Assembly (NCBI RefSeq): GCF_004010195.1
Contig: NC_057719.1
Location: 81,638,340 to 81,699,544 of the forward strand
Direction: 5' to 3'
Source of the DNA: Chiloscyllium plagiosum
Lineage: Eukaryota
DNA length: 61,205 bases
Positions 11,780 to 25,249 of this stretch are shown here, piece by piece. Below the pieces are notes generated by a model. It saw nothing but the letters and a program-made list of their open reading frames with translations. It searched no databases and was not told where the DNA came from. Position 1 is the stretch's first letter. The number at the start of each line of letters is the position of its first letter. The translations under genes and the position numbers were made by a program.

Positions 11780-13918
11780 GTGGTGGACAAGAAAATATTA
11801 AAAGAGAAAGACAGACCTGTAGAACTTATTTGAAAACCTTCACCTAAATGCACGATTAAAATTGATGAGCTGACTGGACAAGTGGAAACAAATGGGTACA
11901 ACTGGTGGAAATTACTGAAACGTGGTTACAGGAAAATCAGGACTGAGGGATTAAATGTCCATGGGTACTCACGATGGACAGACAAGGTGCAGCAGAAGGT
12001 AGAGTTGTTGAAATGTCAGCAAAGGGTTACTGAAAACAAAATCAGGAGAGCTAAAATAACTACAAAAGGAAAGTAGCAGAAAACATAAGCACTGATACCA
12101 AGACCTCCTATTAGAACATAAAAAGGAAGAGAATAGTCCAATTAAATTTGGCCCTTTAGAGGACAAAAATGCTGAGGTAATGATGGGAAACTTGAAATGG
12201 CAGAGGCACTAAATCAATATTTTGTCTCTGTTTTCACAATGGAAGATAATAATTTCTTCCTAAAAACTGAAGTTACTGCAGAGGAACTTGGTGAAATTAC
12301 TTTAACTAGAGAGAATGTAAACGGATGGAATTAAAGACAAATAAGTCCCCGAGGCCCGAATGCCTGCACCCAAGGGTATTAAGGTAGGTGGCAGCAGAGA
12401 GCACGGATGCATTAGTTACATTATCCAAAATCCCTGGATTCTGGAAAGCGATCAGTGGATTGGAACTATGCTAATGTAACACTCTTACTCAAAAAAGGAG
12501 ATAGGGAAACATTGGGAATCTATAGATCAGTTAGTTTGATCTCTGTAGTGGGTAAGTTGCTGGAATCAATCATAAAGGAGGAGTTAACTGAACATTTGAA
12601 AAAACAAAGCTCAACTCACTAGTGTCAGCACGGGTTCATGAAGGGCAGGTCAAACTTGGCAAACTCGCTGGAGTTCTTAGAGGATGTAACCAGCAAGTGG
12701 ATAATGGGGATCTGGTGGATGTGGTATATCTAGACTTCCAAAAGACAAAATCAAGAGATTATAAAGTGCCACATAAAAGTCTGATCCAGAAGGTTAGATC
12801 CTAGGGGGTTAAGGGTAGAGCATTGACTTGGATAGAGGCTGACTGATAGAAAGCAGAGGATCAGAATAAATTGCTCTTTCCCTGGATGACCAATTATAAC
12901 TATTGGGCTGCTGCAGGGTTCAGTTCTTGGACCTCAACTATTTACAATCTATATGAATGATCTGCAAGCAAAAACAGAGTGTAACATAGAAAAGTTTGTG
13001 GATGATACTAAAATAGGTGGAAAGCAGGTAATGATAAGGAGATAAAGAGTTTACAGATGGATATCGATAGGCTAGGAGAATGGGCCAGAATTTGGCAGAT
13101 GGGGTTTAATGTGGATAAGCGTGAGGCTTTCTATTTTGGCCAGAAAAACAAAAAGGTAAATTATTATTTAAATAGGAAGCAGATTCTAAGTTCATTAGTA
13201 CAAAGGGATCGAGACGTGTTTGTGCATGAATCACAGAAAGTGGGTATGCAGGTGCAGCACATAATAAGAAAGGCAAATGGAATCCTGCCATTTATTGTAA
13301 AAGGACTGGATTATAAAAGTAAAGAAGTGTCGTTACATTATATAAAGCATTAATGAGACCACACCAGGAGTACTGTGTCCAGCTCTGTCTCCCTACTTGA
13401 GGAAGGATGTGGTGGAACTGGGAGTTCGGAGGATGTTCACCAGGTTGATTCAAGGGGTAAAAGGGCTGTCACACCAGGAGTGGTCAAATAGCCTGGGATT
13501 GTACTCATTGGAGTTCAGAAGAATGAGGGAGGATCTGACTGGAGGTATATGAAATGCTAAAAAGGATCAAAGGTAGATGTGGAAAAGATGTTCCCCCTTG
13601 TGGGGCAGTCCCGAACAAGAGGTCAACTAGACAGAGTGAGAGGAGGTAGGTTCAAAACTGAGATGAGGAGAGACTACTTCTATCAGAGGGTTGTGAATCT
13701 GTCGAACTCACTGGCCCTGAGTGCAGTGCAGGTAGATTCAATCAACAGATTCAAAAAAGAAATGGGTATGTTTCTGATGGAAAGCAGGATAAAGGACTGT
13801 GGGGAGCAGGCAGTAAAGTGCAGTTGAGACCAGGAGAGATCAGCCACGATCATGTTAAATGACAGAGTGGGTTCGAAGGGCCTAATTGCCTACTTCTGCT
13901 CCTAATTCCTATGTTCCT
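11780..13918 (+). mobile_element. Degenerate CR1 LINE ORF2 (endonuclease remnant, RT) plus 3' UTR
   Basis: Motifs VDVVYLDFQK, KFVDD, DIDRLGEWARIWQMGFNVDK and YQRVVNL, with many stops and frameshifts; tail TTCCTATGTTCCTA. Confidence 0.9.
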
Positions 13919-14134
13919 AAGGATAGCGTGCTCCATTCCATCAAAGGCTTCAGGCAGGTTTAGAGTGATGAGAAGGGCTAGTTTACCATAATCAGAAACA
14001 AGGACAGACTTTAGCTGTAACACAATTCAACTTGCCTACAATAATGCAACCGCCCAATCCAAGGTACAGAACCTACAGTAAAACCTGCCAGATTGCTGAA
14101 GGAACCAGGTACGAATTGCTGGCCCTGATACTCA

Positions 14135-14297
14135 GAGAGTCATAGAGATATACAGCACAGAAACAGACCTTTGGTCCAACCCGTCCATGCCGACCAGATA
14201 TTCCAACCCAATCTAGTCCCACCTGCCAGCACCCGGCCCATATCCTTCCAAACTCTTCCAATTCATATACCTATCCAAATGTCTTTTAAATGTTGCA
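14135..14297 (-). mobile_element. HER1/CR1 3' end fragment
   Basis: GAGTCATAGAGATATACAGCACAGAAACAGACC..CCATATCC 3' UTR, as in other copies. Confidence 0.85.
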
Positions 14298-16981
14298 TGA
14301 GTACACCAGGTTTATAATTGTTACTCAGGTCAAATAGGAGTCAGCCTTCCATGTTCAGACAATTTACTGCGGCCAGTATTGTGCTGGCTCCCAGTGTTCA
14401 AGCTATTTGAAGCTGCTTCAATCCAGCTTTGTTCAAAATCTTTGCTTTTAAAGGGTTTGTAAACCAGTTATCTTGTTAAAGTATGAAGGATATCAGTTTG
14501 ACATGCACCAATTATAACCTGTAGTGGAGCTATGCTAGATACTGAAACAACTCGTATGAGATATTACAAAAGACCACAGAAGCATATTTGTTCTGAATTT
14601 GTATGGGATCTATCTTTAAAATTATAAAAGTATACACAAAAATGATACAAAGCTATTTAGATAAATCTGTACCAAATATCATCCACTAATGTGTTAGGAT
14701 CATGAAGTGAGAAACATTCTATTCCTAAATTATTAGGGAATTTAGAAGGGTATAGGAAAAACAAGTAGTCCATTAACTGGTAGTCGAGAGGGGGCTGCAA
14801 AAGAGGCTTGACAACCATTCTCATTATAATGCAATATAGACCCAATCTCCGTCTATCCTTCCCACTGCCTCGGGAAAGCAGCCCACACTCTTTCATTGGG
14901 CAGAAGATACAAGTTTGAAAACACATACCAACAGATTCAAGAATAGCTTCTTCCTCCGTGTCATCATATTTATGAACAGGCCTGTCATAGATCTTTCTCT
15001 GCACGTTCTCCTTAGCTGTACCATTATATTCTGCATTCTGTTGTATTACTCTGATGTACTTATGTAAGGTATGATGTGCCTGGTTAGCACACAAAACAAT
15101 ACTTTTCACTGTATCTTGGTGCATGTGACAATAATAAATCAAATTGAATCTACAGGCACAAGAGAGGGATGTGGAGATTGTGTTTAATAAATATGTAGAT
15201 GAGCCTGAGCTGAGCTGTCCTGTAATGTGATCTCAGTAGATACACGTGCTAATACTCTGCTCGGAGTTTAGGAATTATACAGCACAGAGCATGCCACACT
15301 GCAGCCTTGTCATCATTAACAGTATTGTTAAAAAAGTAACTTAAAAGTCCGACCTGAGTTATATGAGGATCCAAAGATCCCACTCTAGAACACAGCAGCA
15401 ATGGTGCAAACTAGGTCTAAGGTAGACTAAGGTGGTTTTCCGGGGAAACTCGAGGTAACACTGGGCAACCATGAGGCAAAGTTCAGAAACCATGAGGCAA
15501 AAATCCCAAGAATTCTCTAATGGAAGAGATTGGAAGACTTAACCAAACTCAGAAATAATCCAAAGTGGCCCCATACCCATGCCAGTCCCTAGGTCTTCCA
15601 TATCCTTTCAATACCATCAAACACCAATACAGTCACCTAGATGGGAGTTATAGAAAATGCATTTACACAGGAAAGAACAGCCTCAGATTTCCAATTCAAG
15701 CAGCAATGGCTTCAGATGAGGACTTTCCTATACACAACATCCTTGCTTAGAAAGATATGGATAAAACCTTTGCAAATTTTCAACCAGGTAAAGCGATGAT
15801 TTTTACTTCAGTCCTCTGAGAAACCTCGTTATTCAACATTCCCACTTCAACCAGTGGTCACGGCACGCAGGGGAATTGCAGTCTCCTTCATTCGTGAAGT
15901 AGATAGATTGGCCATTTAGTGTGACTACAGTACATTGAAAGATAAGCTTAGTCGAGAATGAAGAGTGGTTGGAATCTGAGACAACAAATGTTCTGATATT
16001 TCACCATCTAAAGAAGGCTTAGCATTGGAGCAGGTGGTCCAGCAGACCAGCAATCTGGGAAAACAGGATGCGATTTCACATTATGTTGAGGTTTAGTCTG
16101 AGCCCATCAGTTGGCTAGGCCTCAAACATCCATCTGGCAAATAAGAAACACAACAAAATTGGGGAAAGGGTGGGAACTGCCAGTTTGAAATGCTAGTAGC
16201 ATTGTGCTGCAAGAAGATAACACAAAACAATAAAATTGCCCAGCAAGGGGGCACTCAATGCTTTCAGTGTTGCACACTTGGTCATTTTTAGCAGTTTTAC
16301 TGTGTAAGATTAAAAATTAATGGGTCATGTCCAAAACAAAGGAGCTATCAGAAATTGACCAAGAAGAAGAAGACATTGAAGTTACAGACTTTCTTTATCA
16401 AGTGGATATCAGCAGATGATGATGAACTAGACAAGGATCATTGGTCACTAATCTTGAAGGTCAAGAAATCTGATGCAGTTTTTTTTCCTTGATCAAGTGT
16501 TGCTTTTACTATGCTGCTTAATAGTTTAGAATGATTTTTCACTGTACTTCTTTGACCATCAAAAATCAAGATCAGGATCAGAGAAACTTACAGTAAAAGG
16601 ACAATTTGAAGCAATACTTCCCTACACTGGTCAACTAATAAAGAAACTTATTGACCTCTCATAGAATCAGAACAAATCCTTGCTACATTGCCAAACGCAT
16701 CCAACTAGGTATTCCGTCACAGCATGTAAAAGACATTCCATATCTACATTCCACCTTCTGAGGGATTACTTCTGTCTTTTCAAGCCTTCATTTAAAGAGG
16801 ATTGGACATTGTTTTATGAACATTTCCCACAGTTTTCTTTTCCAGTTGAAGTTCCATACCTGGATGACATTTTCCGAAGAACTTCCTCAGCAGTGTCAAG
16901 AGGTTGATCAGCTCAATGATCCTTCTCAGTCATGTCTGAAGTGGCCTGGACTCCTCTCTTCAGAGGTTAGGAGACAGTGAG

Positions 16982-17322
16982 GTCTACAGATGATGGAGAT
17001 TAGAGTTGAGAGTGTGTTGCTGGAAAAGCACAGCAGGTCAGGCAGCATCCGAGGAGCAGAAAAATTGATGTTTCAGTCCGGAGCCCTTCATCAGGAATGA
17101 GGCTGGGAGCCTGGGGGGTGGAGAGATAACATCGGGTGGCGAGGGAGTGGCGATGGAGGAGGCCCAGGACCTGCATGCCCTCAGCAGAGTGGGAGGGGGA
17201 GTTGAAGTGTTCAGCCACAGAGCGGTGGGGTTGATTGGTGCAGGTGTCCTGGAGATGTTCTATGAAGCACTCTGCGAGAAGGCATCCAGTCTCCCCAATG
17301 TAGAGGAGACTGCATCGGGAGA
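16982..17322 (-). mobile_element. Penelope-like fragment (GIY-YIG end and terminal repeat)
   Basis: YIGET motif (CTCCCCAATGTAGAG on +), EHFNSPSHS..MQVLGLLH, CCTGATGAAGGGCT. Confidence 0.8.
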
Positions 17323-18799
17323 AGCTGATTCTTCCCCTTCTTCAATGGTAAGCCAGTTGGTGTGGTCAGCAGTGCGAATGAGAAACACTACACTTGTCTA
17401 TTGACGTGATGGAGGTTTCAGTGCTTCAGCTTTACAAGGTGGTCACTATAACATATACAACTTCATTACATTGTTCAACGGGACAGGGAATAGAAATCTC
17501 TGCAGCAAAACTTCTTCAGCTAGACCGAAGCACGACAGTGATGTTTTGCTTATCTATGAGAGACCATGCGATTCTTCATCATTGTCTACTGTTCCAAGCA
17601 CACTGCCGGAAGCAACAGTAGTCAGTCTTGAAGCTTCACTCATCTTGTATTTTCATTTAGAACATTTTGTTTTATGTACAAATGGAGTCGCGACAGTCTG
17701 GATTGCAAATCTTGCAGTACAGAGGCAATCTGAGATTTGTGTTAATCCTATGCAGTCTATTGCGGGTCTTTTGAAGCAGTAAATCCACATCCAAGTGACT
17801 CACCCCTCTCTGCATCCTAAACTTGAGTATATGAAGTAACAGCTGCCAGATGTTCAGGTGCTGCCACTGTAGTTGAAGCTTCACCGCTTGCCAGTCTTTG
17901 ATTGTCACATCTTCTCCACAAAGTATCATCAAAGAGATAAAACTAGATGATGTCCAGTTAAGTGGAAGTGGGACCCTCTTGACAAATTCTCACCTCTCTT
18001 CATCCTGATGTGGCAGCCCACTGGCTGCTTCAGTTCAATGACCTTTGAGATACTGTTACCAACCCAACTCTTCTTGCTTCAGCTGCTGAGAGTACAGGCC
18101 AATACCTTCCTACACCATTCCCCATGACCAGATCAGGGAGAATTGGGAGACTCCACAGTAACTGAATCTGTGTCCAACAGACATTGCTGGTGAAGGGATT
18201 GGAAATATATTCAGTTAAAGGGAACTACTTTTGGTTAAATGTTTCAGCTGGTATTGTTAAGAAAATGCTTTTATTAATAATGTTGGAAATTGAGGGAATA
18301 CTTCAAGGAAAGTGGTAGAGATAGGGTTTATTGAAAGTGTAGATGAGTCTCTGAGGTGAAATGTAATGTAACAGACTGATCCCAATGCAGCAATGGTCAC
18401 GGTGATTCATTTGGGCATTCTGTGGGATTTAATCTTTGCTTACCTGATGTTTAACCGTCAGTTAGAGCTGGATGACCTTTGCTGAAAAGTGGAGAAACCA
18501 AGTCAAGTCCTCAAACTGTTTTTATTCTGCTCTGTAACATTTTACTATCAGTAATGGAATATGGAGTAATAACCCAGAGTGAGATTGTTACATGACGAAC
18601 AAGTAAACATTCCAAGAAACCAAGCAAGCGGACAGTTCCCACTCAAAGCAGCTGCTAATGTGGTCATTTAGGGGTTGTGAAATAACAGAATAATAGGCTG
18701 GTGGTGCTGGATGGGGAGAAATTCTCACGTTGTGGAATGAGCAAAATAACTCAAACCATCACAAAATGAGAGGAATGCCTCAGATAACTTTTTTTTTTC

Positions 18800-19145
18800 C
18801 TTTATTCAGTCATGGGATATGGGCATCGTTGGCTAGGCAGCATTTATTAACCATCCCTAATTGCTCAGAGAGCAGTTAAGAGTCAGTCACATTACTGTGG
18901 GTCTGGAGTCACATGTAGGCCAGACCAGGTAAGGATGGCAGATTTCTTCCCCTAAAGAACATTCGTGAACTAGGTTAGATTTTCCAACAATCGGCAATGG
19001 ATTAATGGTCATATTAGAATCTTAATTCTAGATGTTTTGTATTGAATTCAAATTCCACCATCTGCTGTGGCAGGATTCAAACCCAGACCCTCAGAACATT
19101 ACCTAGGACTCTGGATTAATAATCAAACAATCAGCCATCACCTTT
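18800..19145 (-). mobile_element. Same (ATGA)n-tailed SINE family
   Basis: Collinear with 6343-6676. Confidence 0.8.
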
Positions 19146-20269
19146 CCTGAGAGGGAGGGTAATTGGAGGGTAATATGTCCAATTTCCTTCATGGTCTTGG
19201 TGATTTAGTAACCTTACAATGAAGAAGGAAGACTTGCTCTTATACACCATATTTTACAGCCTCAGGATATTCTAACTATTTTACTACTAATGAAAAGCTT
19301 TTAAAGTGAAGTCGACTGTTGTCATGCAGGGAGGTCCTCATGCATGCATCTGTCCATCCATTGCTGGCAGGTGACTGGCCAACACAGAGAATGTCAGAGA
19401 GAAGCTGATTCACCTGACTACACCCTCAGAAGGTCAGTAGGTTCACAAATACTAAGCTATACAGTTGCTGGAGCCAAATCAGAAATATACTAAATCCAAT
19501 GCTCAGCTCTGATGACTGCGAATTATAGCCTGGGCCAAACATAGCACCTGATACTGATAAAGTGGTACAAACACACTCTTTTTGGGAATAGTGCAGGGTA
19601 CGAGTAATTTATGTCTCTGCTCACTTAAAAATATCACTCAGAAATTCAGAATCTGTGGATTGTGTCAGGATTTTGAGTTAAGTGGGATACAGTTGCAGAT
19701 AATCTACAGCACAACTATCTACAGAACTGATATTGATACAAATTATGATAAAATATCTACCAGCAAATATTCATATAGAATCAAATAAATAAGCATATAA
19801 TTCAGGATTGTTGGTCATTCATCTGCTCTATGATAAATAAGACACAGTTTCCTTATAGCTCAGTAAGTGTCATTGAACCATGCAAATCAGACAAATTCCA
19901 CATTCCATCCTTGGTCTGTGCTGATCTAGCACATGGCTTTGGGCAGTGAAGTTGCTACATTGGGAGGGTAAATATAGCAACTGTCCCTACTCCAGTTTAC
20001 CATTCAGAAACCATTAGAGATTGTGGGCATGGACAACGAGTAAAGGTACTTGGGACCCAGGTGTCAAAAAGCTGGTCAGAACTTGCTTTCAAGGCTGTTA
20101 TATAAGTAATGGCCACTTAACTGATGGGCTTTCACCAATGAGGAGCCAACATGGGCAGCAGAGCAGAGATAACATTTGCTTGAAAGCGAAGAATCAGATT
20201 AAAATTACAGAAAAATAAACTCAAGCTAAAGGAACTATGACAATGATTTTATCTATCCAATTAATACTG

Positions 20270-21690
20270 ATATGGAATAAAAGTATTGATATGTATTAAA
20301 GGCACATTTAAGAGACTGGTAACAAAAATTGTATATTGGTTAAGGAATTGGTTAGAAAGTAGCAGATAGGGCAGGTTTAATGGTTTAATGTAAACTGTTT
20401 GGCAGAATGTGAATTATGGTGTCCATCAGGATCTGTACTAGTACCACAGCTTTATAAACAATTTGAATGAAGGGTCTTAATTCGCCGATGATGCCAAGGC
20501 CAGATTTTTACCATGATGGAGACTCTTGCCACAGTGGAAAAAAGTGGCAGAAGACATTGGAAATCCTTAGTCCTGGACCCCAGCAATTCCCATTTTTGGA
20601 GGGATGGGCCGTGGTTGAGGCATGTGTCGTTCATGGAAGCAGCTGAGCATTTATGGATGAGGACTGGAGGAATGTATTATGTTTTATTCCATTAGTTTAA
20701 TCACTGGCCTGGGTTCTAGAGCCCTGAGGCAGGTTTGCCTGTCCTGGGGAAACTAGCAACCTCCTCCACCCGACCCAACTCCCAACCTACCCCGACACCC
20801 ACCATGGGCAGAAAAAGGGAAGCTGGGGTGGCATTTTCCAAGGCTGGGATCAGTCTAAGGTAGATGATGCCATAGACACGACAGATGGGAGCAAAATTTG
20901 GCAAAGTGGTAATGAGTGGACAAAAATATGGCAAATGGAGTTCAAGTGACCTTCCACTTGAATTAAAGAAAGATAAATCACAGCATTTGTTTTTCTAAAA
21001 GAGAAGAGGCTAGAAAAGAGGGGCAGAGAGATTTAGGAGTCCAGTTCAGTAATCTCCAAAACTTGTTAACAGCTACATAAGTAAACCATAAAGGCTAATG
21101 AAATTTTAACTTCCTCAAAGAGAACTGGAACACAAATGTATTGGAAGTGACACTACAACTGTTCAGAGTTCTTGTTAGACCATACCTGGATGATTGTGTT
21201 CAGCACTGGACCTCCTAGGAATAGGTCTTGGAGTGTGTGCAGAGCAGATACATCAAAAGGTTACAGAAACCAAAAAAAGGTTAAATTATGAGTGCATGTT
21301 CATAAGTGAAGCTTAATTTCCCTTGGATTTAGAAGATTAAAGATCATATAATTCAGGTATTTTATAACTTACAAAATACTAAAGGAATAAACAGGTGCAG
21401 GAAAAATGTTTCCACTGGTTGCAGAGTCTAGAACCAGCAGACACAACTTATAAATATTCACTAAGTTCCGAGGTGAAGTTTTTTTTTCAATTCAGAGGGC
21501 TGTGAACCTTTGGAATTCTCTACTACAGATGGTTGTGGAAGCTCAGTCTTTGAGTATGCTAAAGGCAGAGATTGGCATACCAGGTTATGATAATGGATGG
21601 GTAAAAGGCAATGAGGTGTTCCATCAGCCATGGTCATAGAATGGTAGGGCAGGCTTAATGGGCTGAATGGCCTACTCCTGTTCATGTTCC
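20270..21690 (+). mobile_element. Old CR1 LINE fragment, interrupted at ~20500-20850
   Basis: FADD-like TTCGCCGATGAT, WQMEF motif, and CR1 3' UTR GGGCTGAATGGCCTACTCCTGTTC. Confidence 0.7.
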
Positions 21691-22034
21691 TCACAAAGTC
21701 CAGTATCACACAGTCTAACAATAAAACGTGTATGGAAAGACATTACTGAAAATTACTTTAAAATAATTCAAGAAATTATAATCAGCAGATATAAACTGAA
21801 AGTAAGTTGGAAACCAAGACGAAAGGTAGTTTGGCTCAAACAGAGCTAAGTACTTGGAATAATTTCAACAATGAGGTAAAATAGGCAAACTCCTTGTGAT
21901 ATCTGATATGCAGGTGGATAATATGAGTGATATAGAGAATTGGAGGAATGAGATTTGATTGATATTTTCTTGTTATCTTACCCTGAGGTAGCTCCAGGAT
22001 TCTAACTTTCACCATGTCATGTTCATGCATCAAC

Positions 22035-22462
22035 TCTGTTCTTGCTGGCCCACATTGGCTTCTGATTCATCAATGCCTCAGATTTAACATTCTCCTCCTC
22101 TTGTTCGGATTCCTTGATCTTCCTTATCTTAGTAACTTCTTTCAAACATTACAATCTCCAAGATCTTGGGGCTTCGTCAATTGCTTCCCCAATATTCGTT
22201 ACTCTGCCATTACTGGCTGTTCCTTCAGATTCCTTAGCCCTAAATATGGGAAGTCCCATCTTAATCATCTCCACCTCTTTACAGATCTTTCTTTCTTTAA
22301 GTATGCCCGTAAAAACAACTCTCTCTTACAACTCTTTGTTCAACCTTTTGGCTACCTGTTTTATTATATCCTTCTTTGGCTTAGCTCTTCTCTGACAACA
22401 CTCCAGTGAAGAACCTTGGGATATTTTGCTCTGTAAAAAGTGCAATATAAATGCAAGTTGTC
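22035..22462 (+). mobile_element. L2-like LINE 3' fragment
   Basis: VLAGPHWLLIHQCLRFNILLL resembles the LxxLHWLPxxxRIxFKIL motif; tail ATATAAATGCAAGTTG. Similar pieces at ~1-332, 10790-11070, 47460-47650 and 49010-49240. Confidence 0.7.
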
Positions 22463-22884
22463 CTATTATCTCATGAGTTGATATTCCATGAACTTTGAAA
22501 TATGTACACTAGATCATCCCAAATTCAACATCTGGGTGACTAGTATCAATCTGGTATAGATTGGGAATAGACTAAGCTAAGCATGTTATTTTTCCAAAGA
22601 ACATAAATGGAATTAAAGATATAGCCATATGATGCCTATAATTACACTATTATCTCTCGTGTTGCTAACTTTCTTCCCTAGGCTGTTTCAGATGTGGATG
22701 GACAGGAGAAAGTGAAGCTAGTGGTTATACGTTTTCAATGATGCATTCATGAACATAATGGCATTATTGGAGGAAGCAACTATCAATAACACTGTAAAAC
22801 CAAAAGTAAAATTCTGAGCTCATAGCTTGTGAAATGTTGGTTGAGAAGGGAGGTGTGCAGTACAAAGTTTAATGAAATTCTTAC

Positions 22885-22995
22885 TGAGAGCAAGTCCAGC
22901 ACAGGTTAGAACTACACCAGTAACAATGGTGGACGTAACCACGACAATTATGAGGGAGAAAGGAAGATGGCTTTCTTGAATGGCACTTCCAGGAA
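22885..22995 (-). CDS. LTK: LTK transmembrane exon: VPGSAIQESHLPFSLIIVVVTSTIVTGVVLTCAGLAL
   Basis: HLPxSLI motif plus a hydrophobic helix. Acceptor tccacag, donor gtaaga; 111 bp, phase 1-1. Confidence 0.94.
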
Positions 22996-23509
22996 CTGTG
23001 GATAAATAGGGAGATAAAAGAAGCACTCATTAAGCCTTTCATTCACATGCAAGTACATTTTCATTATCAATATTCAATCATAATTGAAAAAACAATTGTT
23101 CTGAAAGCCACTGTGGCTCATTTTTAAAAGAGTGGCAGATATTATAAGTCACAAGGACAATGTCCAAGTACAGTCGGCCTATTTCCATCAGCACTCTTTG
23201 AAACACACTGTATTCCCACCAGTACCAGAGATTTATTGCTGATTGTTGTTGATAATATATCCATATATCAATTGCATCTGGATTGTACCTACATTCAGAA
23301 AGCTGGCTTTTTATTATTCACTGACTTTTTATTATCCACACCAACAAAACAAAATATAGTCAGACAATACAGAAAAAGAACTGCCTGTGAATAATAGAGC
23401 CTCATTCATTTTAATTAGTTATATTCATTAAAAACAAGGTGAAACCCCCTATCATTACACTAACATGACAGAAGCAACCAATGGAGATTCAAACATCATC
23501 ACATTTATA

Positions 23510-23705
23510 TTACAGAAACCAGCATTCATTAGACAGCTCAGGGACAAACCTCTATCATACAGATAGTTCAGAGACAAGCATCCATTACATACAGTACAGG
23601 GACAAACCTCCATTACACACAGGTCATAAACATCCATTACACAGACAGTGCTGAGACAAATCTCTATTATACAAACAATACACAAACAATCATCCTTTAT
23701 ACAAA
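23510..23705. repeat. Degenerate ~28-30-bp minisatellite
   Basis: Recurring GACAAACCTC(C/T)ATTACACAGACAG-like units. Confidence 0.6.
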
Positions 23706-23795
23706 AGCTAAATGTCATTACCAGAGGTACCACCGATCATGCTGATAACATAGAGACAACCAACACTTTACTAAGTTCTTGAAATTTGTTCTTAC

Positions 23796-23948
23796 CTGTA
23801 CAGGTAACATTATCTTTGGCTAAAACTTTCCCACCGAGGCACAGACATACTATCTTCTTGGACTCTTGGTCCCGTTCACAGTTGTCTGATTCACAATGGC
23901 TGCAGTTGATATGGATCCGAATTTCAGCTTCCCCGTGACTTTCCATGG
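23796..23948 (-). CDS. LTK: LTK EGF-like exon: AMESHGEAEIRIHINCSHCESDNCERDQESKKIVCLCLGGKVLAKDNVTCT
   Basis: Six-Cys EGF-like module with NCSHC and an LTK-type DNVTC end. Acceptor ttcacag, donor gtaaga; 153 bp. Confidence 0.96.
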
Positions 23949-24401
23949 CTGTGAACAGAGTGTAAAGCAATTTAATCAGAGGCCGTTTGCAGAAAATTTC
24001 ACTGAAAATCCATATTGTGAACTCAAGTCAGCTAGAGAGCCAGCTTTTGTTGAATGGTTTTGAGCTTTTGTTCTGACAATCCAAAAGTGAGGCCTCCTTC
24101 TTACTGCTTTCACACAGACTGTACTTGCTTCTTGTTAAATAGCCTCTCTTTTCTTGCTACAACTGAAAATCACCTTTCCTTTAATTTGCAAAGATCACAA
24201 ACTTTTACACACAGGCGAAAGCATGCCATTTGGCCTACCATGCCTATGTCAGGTCTTTTGTAAAACTTCCCACTCTTGCTTCATTGCCCTGCAATGCTTA
24301 CCCTTCAAAAGTTTACCAATTTCATTTTGAAAATTAGGGCAGGCTTTGTTCTGTGTTGGGATTAAAACAGGTATTTCTTGAACAATGGTGATTTTCCCTT
24401 A

Positions 24402-24932
24402 AGTCATAGATTCATACAGCACAGAAACAGACCCTTTGGTCCAACCAGTCTATGTCAACCATAATTCCAAATTAATCTAGTCCCACCCACTTGCGATTGG
24501 CTCATATCCCTCCAAACCTTTCCTTTTCATGTACTTATCCAAATGTCTTTTAAAAGTTGTAACTGTAACCATATTCACCACTTCCTCTGGAAGTTCATTC
24601 CACCCACAAACTCCGTGTAAAACAGTTGTGCCACGTGCATTTTTAAAATCTTCCTCCTGTCACTTTAAAAATATGCCCCCTCGTCTTGAAATCCCCCACC
24701 CTAGGGAAAAGACACCTTCCATTCACCTTGTCTATACCCCTCATGATTTTATAAACCTCTATAAGGACCCCCTCCAGTGAAAAAAAGTTCCAGCCTAATC
24801 AGCCTCTCCTTTTATCTCAGACCCTCCATTCCTGACAACATCCTGGTAAATCTTTTCTGAACCATCACCAGTTTAATGATATCCTTTCTATATCGGGGCA
24901 CCCAGAACTGGACACAGTGCTCTAGAAGTGGC
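24402..24932 (-). mobile_element. HER1/CR1 3' fragment
   Basis: Same 3' UTR plus ORF2 end. Confidence 0.85.
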
Positions 24933-25249
24933 TAATTCTTGGCCAGAGGCAGGCTTGCTGACCATTTAAAGATGGTAAGCATGCTCACAAAGCCGAAGGG
25001 GCAACAGGAAACCCCCATCAATACTGCAACTCAAGTAATAGACAGATAAGATCACACCTTCCTGTCAAGGCACTGGGCTGGGTCATGTCAACTCCGGAGG
25101 TCTATTAAAATGGCAGATCGGTCTCTGCTCTGGATGTATGTATACCCATTCCCACATCTGAATTTGCTGAATTTAAACAGACACCATTTTTGTTCAACCA
25201 ACACTAACAAAACAACCACAGCCACCACCCATTGGAAAAACAGCTCATT

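Noticed and set aside
16856..16900. AEEVLRKMSSR|gtatgg as the juxtamembrane exon end (KEVPRKNITLLR)
   Set aside because: An upstream stop and no DYNPNY motif; another frame matches a LINE RT motif.
23510..23705. Short periodic repeats here and at 55490-55650 as CRISPR-like arrays
   Set aside because: Degenerate tandem units without unique spacers, in vertebrate intron context with no cas genes.
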